The position numbers were made by a program, and so were the translations under genes. Below the pieces are notes generated by a model. That model was not told where the DNA came from. It did not search any database and saw only the letters and a list, made by a program, of their open reading frames with translations. Below, one piece after another: positions 19,016-31,377 of a stretch of DNA of 64,000 nt (within the stretch, counting starts at the first letter, position 1; every line of letters starts with the position of its first letter). This stretch comes from Candidatus Magasanikiibacteriota bacterium (GTDB lineage: Bacteria; Patescibacteriota; Patescibacteriia; Magasanikbacterales; UBA922). The DNA lies in the NCBI GenBank assembly GCA_018661775.1, contig JABJHO010000014.1:42305-106304 (forward strand), given 5' to 3'.

Positions 19016-20434
19016 ATGGAAGTAGTCCCTTTATTAAACATATCATCTATTCTAGGAGCCATAGGCAGTAATCCTATGGAAGTTTTTGTGTCAATATTTA
19101 TTTTTTTTGGATACGCCATACTATTTTATACTTTGTGCAAGGCAGTGCTTGAACTATATGTAGATTATAGGCAAAAAAAAAATACACAATCTTGGAATTT
19201 TGTTGTTTTGGCAATAGATATTCCTCCAATGAATATTCAAACCCCAAAAGCGGTTGAACAATTGTTTGCGCATTTGGCGGGTATTTTTAGTAAGCCAAAT
19301 ATTGCTGCAAAATTCCGTGGTGGCCATGTACAGAGGTCTTTTAGTTTTGAAATAGTGAGTATTGACGGATATATACAATTTCTTGTGCATACAGAAGAAG
19401 AGTACAGGGAACTTGTTGAGGCTGCGCTCTATGCGCAATACCCTAACGCTGAAATTACACAAGTAGAAGATTATGTGCAGAAGATTCCAGATAGGTATCC
19501 TCATGAAGAATATGATATTTGGGCTACAGATATTGGATTGGCCGAACACAGTGCATATCCAATTCGGATGTATTCTGATTTTGAACACAAAAACTCGGAA
19601 GAAGAGGTGTTAAAAGATCCAATGAGTGCTTTGCTCGAGAGCTTTTCTCGCATAGGGTCTGGTGAACAGATCTGGTTGCAAATAATAGTAGAGCCAATAT
19701 CGAGTAAGTGGAAAGAAGATGTTATCGAAAAAATCAATGAAGTGTTGGGTAATGTTTCGGTTTCCGGGGCTGGGCCAGGTTCACGTTTTTTTTCCTCTAT
19801 TTCAACAATAATAGGGCAGTTGTTTTTTCATATTTTTGGAGGAGAAGAGACTGCCACTTCGGCTGATACCAGGTCAGAGATATCTTCAGGTTTGTCTCCA
19901 GGCGTCTCTAATGCTGTTCAAGGCATGGAAGAAAAAATGACAAAGGTTGGTTTAAAAACTAACATGCGTGCGGTGTATATAGGAAGAAAGGATAACTTTT
20001 CACCTCAGCGTGGTATCAATGCACTTTTAGGGTCTTTGAATCAGTTTAGTATACCCACAGCCAATGCTATTGTTCCTACGTATGGTGTTTCAACATCATA
20101 TTTTAAGGCAGAAAAGCGTAGTAACCAGAAAAAGAATGTATTAATGGAGCATTATAAAAAAAGAAAAATCAGTATTAAAAAAGGACCCAAACCATATATT
20201 TTAAATGTTGAGGAGCTTGCAAGTATTTGGCATTTCCCACTTTCACATGTAAAAACACCGCTATTACAGGTTGTGGCCTCAAAACCTTCTGAACCACCAG
20301 TTGGTTTGCCAATAGAAATGAGCAGTGGTATGGGTGGTTCTTCACAGGGAGTCGATCTTTCTGGTGTTTTTCTCCCTAAGGAGGGTGAACCAGATGCATA
20401 TAGTGGGCCACCGCCAAACCTACCTTTTGGGTAG
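19016..20434 (+). CDS. hypothetical protein, N-terminal TM helix, C-terminal Gly/Pro-rich tail
   Basis: 472 aa ORF with good coding periodicity. No recognisable motif. Start taken at ATG 19016 (MEVVPLL). Confidence 0.5.
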   Translation: MEVVPLLNISSILGAIGSNPMEVFVSIFIFFGYAILFYTLCKAVLELYVDYRQKKNTQSWNFVVLAIDIPPMNIQTPKAVEQLFAHLAGIFSKPNIAAKFRGGHVQRSFSFEIVSIDGYIQFLVHTEEEYRELVEAALYAQYPNAEITQVEDYVQKIPDRYPHEEYDIWATDIGLAEHSAYPIRMYSDFEHKNSEEEVLKDPMSALLESFSRIGSGEQIWLQIIVEPISSKWKEDVIEKINEVLGNVSVSGAGPGSRFFSSISTIIGQLFFHIFGGEETATSADTRSEISSGLSPGVSNAVQGMEEKMTKVGLKTNMRAVYIGRKDNFSPQRGINALLGSLNQFSIPTANAIVPTYGVSTSYFKAEKRSNQKKNVLMEHYKKRKISIKKGPKPYILNVEELASIWHFPLSHVKTPLLQVVASKPSEPPVGLPIEMSSGMGGSSQGVDLSGVFLPKEGEPDAYSGPPPNLPFG

Positions 20435-20502
20435 TGTTTTTCACAGAAGTGTATAGTGTGAAAAGAAAACCTTGATTTTTTCTTTGTTTTACGATATTGT
20501 AG

Positions 20503-21501
20503 GTGGATATGTGGATACATGACATAGTACATAAAAACAAGAAAATCTACGCGCTTTCGCCAATGGCAGACATGACTGATTCTGCTTTTTGTCAAATTGT
20601 TCGCCAAATTGGTGGGGCTGATGTTGTGTTTCGTGAAATGGTGAGTAGTGAGGCTATTGTACGAGATAACGAGAAAACACTCGGTATGACTGATTTTGTA
20701 GAGGTCGAGAGACCTATTGTTCAGCAAATATTTGGTGCTGACCCACTGACTATGGCGCGTGCTGCGGCAAAGGTTATGGAACATGCTAGCCCAGAAGGGA
20801 TAGATATAAATATGGGGTGTCCGGTATATAAAATCACATCAAATTTTAATGGGTGTGCATTAATGAAAGACCCTGGTTTGGCAAAAAAAATAGTAAAAGA
20901 AGTAAAATCAGCGATTGGGGATACGCCACTAAGTGTCAAAATTCGACTCGGTTGGAATGATCCAGATACATATAAAACCTTTATTCCAATAATCGAACAA
21001 GCTGGCGCGCAGCTTATTACTCTTCATGGGAGAACAAAAGCACAGGGATATAGTGGGGTAAGTGATTGGTCTCGTATCGCTGACGCAAAACAGATAGCAA
21101 CAGTACCACTTTTGGCAAATGGTGATATTCATGCACCGCATCAAGTAAAAGAAGTGTTAGGTCAAACTGATGCAGACGGTGTTCTAATCGCTCGTGGGGC
21201 CTTGGGCAATCCTTGGTTCTTTTATTTGGCAAAAGCATATCCAGATGATGTGACAGCGATACAGCGTATTACTACCGAAGAGCGCATAGACGTAATGAGG
21301 GCTCATGCGCAAAAACACGTAGAACAGTATGGAGAAAAAGGTATTATGACATTTAGAAAACATCTTTCTTGGTATGTGAAATCACAGAAAATTGGTGTAA
21401 TCATTCCAGGAATAAAAGAATGGCGTGGTAAGTTAGTTCGAGTTACCTCCCTCAAGGAGTTAGATGTATTATTAGAAGAGTTTAGAGGTTTACTCGCATA
21501 G
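20503..21501 (+). CDS. dus: tRNA-dihydrouridine synthase
   Basis: LSPMADMTD(S/L)(A/P)F N-terminus, TIM-barrel FMN-binding regions, conserved Cys (NMGCP). Confidence 0.85.
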   Translation: MDMWIHDIVHKNKKIYALSPMADMTDSAFCQIVRQIGGADVVFREMVSSEAIVRDNEKTLGMTDFVEVERPIVQQIFGADPLTMARAAAKVMEHASPEGIDINMGCPVYKITSNFNGCALMKDPGLAKKIVKEVKSAIGDTPLSVKIRLGWNDPDTYKTFIPIIEQAGAQLITLHGRTKAQGYSGVSDWSRIADAKQIATVPLLANGDIHAPHQVKEVLGQTDADGVLIARGALGNPWFFYLAKAYPDDVTAIQRITTEERIDVMRAHAQKHVEQYGEKGIMTFRKHLSWYVKSQKIGVIIPGIKEWRGKLVRVTSLKELDVLLEEFRGLLA

Positions 21502-21547
21502 CCCACATTTGCCTTTGTGCAAGATTTACGGTATTCTGACAATATAA

Positions 21548-23347
21548 TTGAGATCTATGAGTGATACACAAATGATAAAAGATAAACTGGATATTGTTGA
21601 TGTGATAGGGGAGTATGTTCAACTGAAGCCAGCTGGCACAAGCCGTAAAGGTTTGTGTCCATTTCATAATGAAAAATCACCATCTTTTACTGTAAGTCGT
21701 GACAGGCAAGCATGGTATTGTTTCGGATGTGCTACCGGTGGTGATATTTTTTCATTTATTCAGGAAATAGAGGGGATGGAGTTTTTAGAGGCGCTAAAGC
21801 ACTTGGCTAACCAGGCAGGTGTTACACTTTCTACTGGGTACAACAAAGAGGTCGGTGGTAAGCGGGCTCGGATAAAAGAGGTGCTACTTGAGGCAGCAAG
21901 ATTTTTTCACAATTTTCTTTTGGTTATGGATGGGGCACAAGAGGCACGAACCTATATCTCGCAAAGAGGTGTAGATGAAAAAACACTTATAGAGTGGCAT
22001 GTTGGGTATATTCCTGATCAGTGGGATCTTCTCACAAAGTATTTACTGAATAAGGGGTATGGAATAGATGATCTTGTGGATGCTGGGCTTACTGTAAAAA
22101 GAGAGGGTGGTGCGTATACGAGTGGTAAGGGTTTTTATGATCGTTTTCGTGGTCGGATTATGTTTCCTATTCATGGTACACATGGAGAGGTTGTTGGGTT
22201 TACTGGGAGGGTGATAAAAAGTCCGAAAGAGGGTGTTGGGAAGTATCTCAACACTCCACAAACGGCGGTATTTGATAAGTCAGCAGTTATTTTTGGGTTA
22301 CATAAAGCAAAGAAGGCTATTAAAGAGGCGGGTTTGGCTGTGCTGGTTGAGGGGCAGATGGATGTAATTACTGCTCATCAGCATGGCATGTATAATGTGG
22401 TTGCTTCAAGCGGTACGGCACTCACAGCTGAGCAGATTACTTTATTAAAACGGTATACATCAAAAATAGCCATGGCATTTGACTCTGATGAGGCGGGAAA
22501 AAAAGCAGCTAAACGTGGTATAGACTTAGCCATAACTCAAGGTCTTGATGTTCGTATTATTCAAATTCCAGAAGATATGGGTTCTGATCCAGACGACTGT
22601 ATTCGGCGGGATTCTGATGTCTGGAATCAAGTGGTTGTACAGGCAAAAGATGTAATGGATTGGTATTTTTCAGAGGCATTTTTGACAGGTGGCGTAGATA
22701 CTCCAAAAGAACGACAAGCTATAGCAAACTCACTTCTTTGTGAGATTCAGCGAATACCATTTGCCATGGAACGTGATCATTGGATTAATGTGTTGGCTGA
22801 TAAATTAGTCGTAGATCCGAAAATTCTTCGTGAGGATATGAAAAAATATACGAACACTACTGAGTCGGTGTCAAAAACAGTAGAGGTGGTTGAGAAAAAA
22901 GAAGCTATTTTACCAAAATCCTCTCGTATCGATACACTGGTTGAAACACTGCTTTTGCTTGGCATCTTGTATCCCAAGTTGTGGTATAGTCACGTACAAC
23001 CATTTTTTGGTAGTTTTTCTGCTCTTTCTACATACGGCCCCCTTTACGATTCTTTGAATGTTTGCTATAATATATCTAAAATTACAACCACAGATGCACT
23101 TCTGTTGTTAGTTCAAAAACCAGAGATACAAACACAGGTTGACATGCTCCTTATAAAAGGGGAGGTGGATTTTCCTGGGATTACCGAAGTAGATGCATTA
23201 AAGGAAGAAGAGGTCTTCTATAAACAGTTGGTTGTTGCATGTAAAAAGCTCGAGAGAGAGGTATTACAAAAGCAGATAGTTGCAGCAGAACAGAGAGGTG
23301 ATAGTGGGCAGGTAACCGCCCTTATAAAGGATTTTCAAAATATTTAG
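21548..23347 (+). CDS. dnaG: DNA primase
   Basis: Zinc-binding CPFHNEKSPSF...CFGCATGGD, TOPRIM region (EGQMDVI). Confidence 0.9.
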   Translation: MRSMSDTQMIKDKLDIVDVIGEYVQLKPAGTSRKGLCPFHNEKSPSFTVSRDRQAWYCFGCATGGDIFSFIQEIEGMEFLEALKHLANQAGVTLSTGYNKEVGGKRARIKEVLLEAARFFHNFLLVMDGAQEARTYISQRGVDEKTLIEWHVGYIPDQWDLLTKYLLNKGYGIDDLVDAGLTVKREGGAYTSGKGFYDRFRGRIMFPIHGTHGEVVGFTGRVIKSPKEGVGKYLNTPQTAVFDKSAVIFGLHKAKKAIKEAGLAVLVEGQMDVITAHQHGMYNVVASSGTALTAEQITLLKRYTSKIAMAFDSDEAGKKAAKRGIDLAITQGLDVRIIQIPEDMGSDPDDCIRRDSDVWNQVVVQAKDVMDWYFSEAFLTGGVDTPKERQAIANSLLCEIQRIPFAMERDHWINVLADKLVVDPKILREDMKKYTNTTESVSKTVEVVEKKEAILPKSSRIDTLVETLLLLGILYPKLWYSHVQPFFGSFSALSTYGPLYDSLNVCYNISKITTTDALLLLVQKPEIQTQVDMLLIKGEVDFPGITEVDALKEEEVFYKQLVVACKKLEREVLQKQIVAAEQRGDSGQVTALIKDFQNI

Positions 23348-23360
23348 TATAATTTGTTGA

Positions 23361-24668
23361 ATGGCAAAAACAACATCTACAATTAAGAAACGTGTCACAA
23401 AAAAACGTGTCACAAAAAAAAATACAGTAGTTAAAAAAACTACCAAAAAAAGTACCGGTGCTGCAAACAAAAAAATAACAGCACAAAAAACTTCAAAAAA
23501 AAATGTCACTAAGACACCAAAGGGGATAAAAAAAACAGATCAACCAAAATTTAAAGAAAAGATAATGCCACCGTCATTGGAGGATATTACTACACTTATA
23601 AATCGCGGAAGAGGGAGAAACTTTTTAACCGAAAGAGAGATTTTTGTGTGCTTTCCTAGATTAGAAAAATATATCGACATGTTCGAGCTGTTTTTGGATT
23701 TGGTTGACAAAAATAATGTTTCGATAGTAGAGCACCAACAGAGTAATTTATTAGGACATAAAGAAAAAAGAGCAGAGTTGCTTCAAACATTTCACGGACA
23801 GCAACCTGATGTAGAGGCGGGTACTTTTGATTTAGCAAATATTTTTCAAGACAACATACAAATGTATTTACGAGAAATCGGAAAGATTCCACTTCTTTCT
23901 GCTCAAGAAGAAGTATTGTTGGCAAAAAGAAAAGAGCGAGGTGATAAAGCGGCAGAACAAAAAATGATAGAAGCTAATTTGCGTCTTGTTGTATCTATTG
24001 CAAAAAAGTTTGTTGGTAAGCAACTTACACTACTTGATTTAATACAAGAGGGGAACATTGGATTGTTTCGTGCGGTGCGTAAATTTGATTTTAGAAGGGG
24101 GTATAAATTTTCTACCTATGCCACATGGTGGATTCGTCAAGCAATCACAAGAGCTCTTGCAGATCAATCACGGACGATTCGTATTCCGGTACACATGGTT
24201 GAAACAATTAACCGATTTAAACAAGTTCAGAGACGGTTGTTGCAAGATTTAGGGCGCGACCCAACCCCAGAAGAGATGGCAGCAGAAATGGGTGAACAAA
24301 TTCACAAAATACATCATATTATAAAGATTTCTCAAGATACAGTTTCTCTAGAAACATCTGTTGGAGACGAAGATGATGACTCACCCTTGTCTGATTTTAT
24401 TGAAGACGTAAAGAATATAAGCCCTTCACAGGCTGCTGGTATAGAATTGTTGCGTGAGTATATTTCACATGCAATATCACAACTTTTACCACGTGAGCAG
24501 AAGATTTTACAAATGCGCTTTGGTCTTGAGGATGGTATTACACACACCCTAGAGGAGGTGGGGAAGGAGTTTGATGTGACACGTGAAAGAATACGCCAAA
24601 TTGAAGCAAAAGCACTCGAAAAAATAAAACACTTTGATATCATAGAAAAATTACGAGATTTTTCTTAA
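23361..24668 (+). CDS. rpoD: RNA polymerase sigma-70 factor with Lys-rich N-terminal extension
   Basis: Regions 1.2-4 present ([35 protein letters not shown]). N-terminal KKRVTKK repeats. Confidence 0.9.
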   Translation: MAKTTSTIKKRVTKKRVTKKNTVVKKTTKKSTGAANKKITAQKTSKKNVTKTPKGIKKTDQPKFKEKIMPPSLEDITTLINRGRGRNFLTEREIFVCFPRLEKYIDMFELFLDLVDKNNVSIVEHQQSNLLGHKEKRAELLQTFHGQQPDVEAGTFDLANIFQDNIQMYLREIGKIPLLSAQEEVLLAKRKERGDKAAEQKMIEANLRLVVSIAKKFVGKQLTLLDLIQEGNIGLFRAVRKFDFRRGYKFSTYATWWIRQAITRALADQSRTIRIPVHMVETINRFKQVQRRLLQDLGRDPTPEEMAAEMGEQIHKIHHIIKISQDTVSLETSVGDEDDDSPLSDFIEDVKNISPSQAAGIELLREYISHAISQLLPREQKILQMRFGLEDGITHTLEEVGKEFDVTRERIRQIEAKALEKIKHFDIIEKLRDFS

Positions 24669-24781
24669 CATTACTATGTCCACAGTGTGAAGGTTTGTTA
24701 TAGGTGGTTAGCAAGAAATGTGGTATACTGTGTAAAGAAGAGGTGTGTATTTTATTATTGAATACAGGGTAATAAAAAAAT

Positions 24782-25918
24782 ATGGGGGTTTTTCAAAAAC
24801 AGGAGGCATATCTAGGGGTAGATCTTGGTGCACATGGCATCAAGGTGGTTGAACTTAAAAAAGTAAAAAATAGGCCACACATCTGGACATATGGTTTGTT
24901 AAATAAAAAACTAGATGTGCATGCGCCGCAAAGAAAACACAAAAAAGCTGTGAAGTATTTTGATTATGAACAAAAAGATACCAATCAAGAGGATGAAAAG
25001 GGTGTGGATAAGGTGTTTCAGGATGAGCGTGTTGAAGTCTATGCATCTCTACTAAAGAAGGTGCTAAAAGATGCACGAGTAACAGCCAATCGTGCAACTG
25101 CAAGTCTTCCTGTTTCTGAGATATTTCATACGCTTATTACACTGCCAAAAGTAGACAAGAAGGATTTAAAACACCATGTACACGCAAAAGTAAAAAAACT
25201 CCTTCCACTTCCTATAGATGAGATGCAAATTGTGTTCCAAATATTTCCTGACCCAGAAGAAAAACGAGATTATTTACAAATACTTGTCACGGCGGCACCA
25301 AAATCTCTTGTCATACTGTATAGTAAAATTTTTCAAAAAGCTGGAATTATTCTTGATGAGCTTGAGACGGAAGCATTTGCATTGGAGCGGGCCTTGGTTG
25401 GGCGAGATAGCGCGACTTCTTTGGTTATAGACATGGGGAGTGAAAGATCAAATTTCTTTGTCATAAAAAATAGCCTTCCCATTACACATAGAAGTATTAA
25501 AATAGGAGGAAATAACTTTGATGCGCATCTTGCGCAAGTGTTGGGAGTGTCACAGGATCACGCAGAACAGATAAAAATTGATTTAGCGAGTGGTACTGTG
25601 GATAGGCGTATTGAAAGTTCCTTGTTTAGTGCGCTGCTTGAACCAGTGGTGAAAGAGATACAATATAGTATTGATGTATACAAAAGTCAGGTCCGAGATA
25701 ATTCGACAGATCGTGGGATAGAAAAGATTATATTAACCGGTGGGGTAGCGTTTTTTCCACCATTTATGGATTACTTAAAACAAAAATTTCCATTAACAGT
25801 GTTTATTGGTGACCCATGGGCTCGCGTGGTGTATCAACAGGGTCTAAAGAATGTATTAGATAATTTGGGCCCAAGAATGGCAGTAAGTGTGGGGTTGGCA
25901 ATGCGTAACCTTGTGTAA
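24782..25918 (+). CDS. pilM: type IV pilus assembly ATPase-fold protein PilM
   Basis: Actin-like fold motifs: LGVDLGAHGIKVVEL, IKIGGNNF, AEQIK, ILTGGVA. 378 aa. Confidence 0.7.
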   Translation: MGVFQKQEAYLGVDLGAHGIKVVELKKVKNRPHIWTYGLLNKKLDVHAPQRKHKKAVKYFDYEQKDTNQEDEKGVDKVFQDERVEVYASLLKKVLKDARVTANRATASLPVSEIFHTLITLPKVDKKDLKHHVHAKVKKLLPLPIDEMQIVFQIFPDPEEKRDYLQILVTAAPKSLVILYSKIFQKAGIILDELETEAFALERALVGRDSATSLVIDMGSERSNFFVIKNSLPITHRSIKIGGNNFDAHLAQVLGVSQDHAEQIKIDLASGTVDRRIESSLFSALLEPVVKEIQYSIDVYKSQVRDNSTDRGIEKIILTGGVAFFPPFMDYLKQKFPLTVFIGDPWARVVYQQGLKNVLDNLGPRMAVSVGLAMRNLV

Positions 25919-25964
25919 TTTTTGTAATAGTATATACTATATATATAAATGCTAACTTTGTTTT

Positions 25965-26345
25965 ATGGTAGAAAAAAGTATACATATATTGCTTATAGAA
26001 GATGATACGTTTTTAGCAAACATTTACAAAACAAAATTTGAAATGGAAGGTTTTGTGGTAGATGTGGCAGAAAATGGTGAACTAGGACTAAAGGAGGTTC
26101 AAAAAAGGCAGCCAGACCTTGTGTTGCTTGATATTTTACTACCAAAGATGGATGGGTTTACGGTTTTACAACACATGAAAGAAGATGCTGAGTTAAAAAA
26201 CATTCCTGTTATTCTCTTAACCAATCTTGGTCAAAAAGATGATGTAGAAAAAGGTTTGAAGCTTGGTGCTGCAGATTATCTGATTAAAGCACATTTCAAA
26301 CCATCAGAAACAGTTGATAAGGTAAAAAGTGTTTTAGGTATATAG
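25965..26345 (+). CDS. single-domain response regulator (CheY-like receiver)
   Basis: ILLIEDD, LVLLDILLPKMDG (phospho-acceptor Asp), ILLT, K at ~105. 126 aa. Confidence 0.75.
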   Translation: MVEKSIHILLIEDDTFLANIYKTKFEMEGFVVDVAENGELGLKEVQKRQPDLVLLDILLPKMDGFTVLQHMKEDAELKNIPVILLTNLGQKDDVEKGLKLGAADYLIKAHFKPSETVDKVKSVLGI

Positions 26346-26396
26346 TTACTGTTCTTTTTTGCATATGAATTACACAAGGAGGGGGGTGAGTATGAC

Positions 26397-26825
26397 ATGA
26401 ATAAAAAAGGTTTTACACTTATTGAATTGCTCGTTGTCGTTGCAATTATTGGACTACTTTCAACACTTGCGGTTGTAGCTCTTTCTACAGCAAGAGAGAA
26501 GACGAGAGATTCAAAGCGTTTATCTGATTTGAAAAATATCCAAACAGCCCTAGAATTACATTATACAGGAAGCAACCAGTATCCAGTTGCACAAGTTGCC
26601 GTTGATCTAGGGGCAGGAGATTTTGCCTGTTTAAATGGTGATGGTTTTGGTGCAGTAGGGTGTGCTACTCCGTTCTTAGAAGTAGTTCCATCTGGCCCAA
26701 ATGCGGCTGAGGTATACACATATACATCAGATGACGGTACCGCTTTTGCTGTTGTTGCAACACTAGAAGGAGAGCTTGGTGGTTTGAGTGGAGATGTTAC
26801 AGCATCACAGTCGGGTATCAATTAA
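26397..26825 (+). CDS. type IV pilin (prepilin, N-methylation motif)
   Basis: MNKKGFTLIELLVVVAIIGLLS class-III signal peptide. Strong AAGGAGG RBS upstream. Confidence 0.8.
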   Translation: MNKKGFTLIELLVVVAIIGLLSTLAVVALSTAREKTRDSKRLSDLKNIQTALELHYTGSNQYPVAQVAVDLGAGDFACLNGDGFGAVGCATPFLEVVPSGPNAAEVYTYTSDDGTAFAVVATLEGELGGLSGDVTASQSGIN

Positions 26826-26840
26826 TTTTTTTGAAAAAAT

Positions 26841-26877
26841 AAAAAACAAACACGAGATATTTGTGTTTGTTTTTTTA
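26841..26877. terminator. bidirectional rho-independent terminator between convergent pilin and repeat-protein genes
   Basis: 9-bp stem AACAAACAC/GTGTTTGTT flanked by A-run and T-run. Confidence 0.5.
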
Positions 26878-26915
26878 ATTCATGCTGAAGTGTGGATATT
26901 TGTGTATAGCTTATT

Positions 26916-28082
26916 TTATTCTTTATACACTATATTTAGGTGTGAATATTTTTGCTCCATAATGACCAAATCTTCTTCTGAAAATTTATTTCTATCAATC
27001 AGTACTTTGCCCGTAACAATATCAGGTAGAACTAGCCCATCTGTTGTCGTGAGACCCAAGAGTATGAGATCGCCATCGATTGTTTTTGGAAAAGTAACAC
27101 CTTCTGCTGATTTAAGTTCCCATGTTACTATACTTCCTATGATGGTTTCAGGTAATAGTATGTTGGTGGCTTTCTCTAGGTTGAAAAGATGTATACTTCC
27201 TATTAAGGTTTTTGGAAATTGCACAGTATGTGCTGTCTTGAGTCGATCCATAGAAATGAGCCCATTAACACCGTCTTGTGGAAATACTACATTATGAACT
27301 GACTCAAGACCAATTAAGTTTAACTTACCATGTACTGTTTTGGGAAATTCTAGTCCATCTATTTCAGTGAGTGAAGACATACAAAGACTACCATTAACAG
27401 TTTCGGGTAGTACTAACTTTTCTGTGGAAAGGAGGTAGAATAGCAGAAGATCGCCATGTATTATTTTTGGGAGCGTAAGTGTTTTTGCAGATGTTACTTG
27501 TAGTTGAAGGTCACCATTTACTATTTCTGGACATGTTATCCTTTTGTCTTCATCAATGCGTTCGGGACTAAGGTTGCCATAGTGGTATTTTATTTTACCT
27601 TTCAAAATGGTATTTTCTAAAAAGTTTTTATTTTTGGTTTCTGTGTAAGAGCTTATCTGATCCTCTGTGAAACCAGTAAGTCGAGATATATCCTCTTTAA
27701 AATTATGGATGTCTATAGGAAAATTACGATATGTAGTATCAAGACTAAACGGACCTTTGCCTTCTTTAAAACCCGTCACACCCCCGCTGTTGTTGTATAT
27801 TATGTGTAAATCATTTATTGGTGTGTCTTTAGTAATTCTATCACCATTAATTTTTTTCTTTATTTCTTGAATACGTTGTGTTTTTTTTGCCACTTTCTCC
27901 CATCTTTTTAGTTTAAGTCGTAAGAATGAAGATGTATTAAATACCTGCTCTATGTTTCTTTTTCGTTCTCGTATATTTTCGATATCACCACCTGATTCAA
28001 TAAGAGTCTTAAATTCTTCTAATTTTAGGTTTTGCATTGCTTTTAGCATTTTTTTTATGTCTCTACACTCTTCTTGAGCCAT
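26916..28082 (-). CDS. cytoplasmic repeat protein with nine ~21-residue leucine-rich-type repeats (LPxT(V/I)xGxLxLxxLxxxxxLx)
   Basis: 388 aa. Charged coiled-coil-like N-terminus, then nine tandem degenerate repeats (LPETVNGSL..., FPKTVHGKL..., FPKTLIGSI..., LPETIIGSI..., FPKTIDGDL...). Confidence 0.6.
   Translation of the reverse strand: MAQEECRDIKKMLKAMQNLKLEEFKTLIESGGDIENIRERKRNIEQVFNTSSFLRLKLKRWEKVAKKTQRIQEIKKKINGDRITKDTPINDLHIIYNNSGGVTGFKEGKGPFSLDTTYRNFPIDIHNFKEDISRLTGFTEDQISSYTETKNKNFLENTILKGKIKYHYGNLSPERIDEDKRITCPEIVNGDLQLQVTSAKTLTLPKIIHGDLLLFYLLSTEKLVLPETVNGSLCMSSLTEIDGLEFPKTVHGKLNLIGLESVHNVVFPQDGVNGLISMDRLKTAHTVQFPKTLIGSIHLFNLEKATNILLPETIIGSIVTWELKSAEGVTFPKTIDGDLILLGLTTTDGLVLPDIVTGKVLIDRNKFSEEDLVIMEQKYSHLNIVYKE
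26958..27506 (-). repeat. coding tandem repeat array (~63 nt period, 9 copies) inside repeat protein
   Basis: Periodicity seen in translated sequence. DNA copies are degenerate. Confidence 0.5.
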
Positions 28083-28209
28083 ATATTTTTTGTTATATTA
28101 CAATAGTATATCATTTTTTTTGATCTATTCACACTCTGTTTCTTTGTGGCCATGTTTATTTCTTTTTCTCTATTTTCCTGCTATACTCGATATATACTAC
28201 TCATAATTA

Positions 28210-31013
<2,804 letters not shown>

Positions 31014-31073
31014 TTGTATTTGCTAAATACCCCAAAATACCATACAATATACTTATTCTATATACAAAACAGT

Positions 31074-31373
31074 ATGAGCATTTCAAGGTCCGACGTTGAA
31101 CATGTGGCAAAACTTGCACGAATACACTTGTCAGAAAGTGAAAAAGAATACTATGCAGAACAGCTATCTGCAATTTTTGGATATATTGATCAATTGAATG
31201 AAGTGGATACGACGCAGGTTGAAGGAACAGTACAAGTCACAGGTTTGTCTAATATCGCGCGAGAAGACACGGTGGTGGAGTGTTCGCAAGATGTGGTACA
31301 GGATATACAGAATCAGTTTCCACAAAAATCCTGTGATTTATTACAAGTAAAACAGATACTTTCTGACACATAA
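31074..31373 (+). CDS. gatC: Asp/Glu-tRNA amidotransferase subunit C
   Basis: MSISRSDVEHVAKLARIHLSESE...QLNEVDT typical GatC. Tool ORF begins at 31014. Confidence 0.8.
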   Translation: MSISRSDVEHVAKLARIHLSESEKEYYAEQLSAIFGYIDQLNEVDTTQVEGTVQVTGLSNIAREDTVVECSQDVVQDIQNQFPQKSCDLLQVKQILSDT

Positions 31374-31377
31374 GTTT

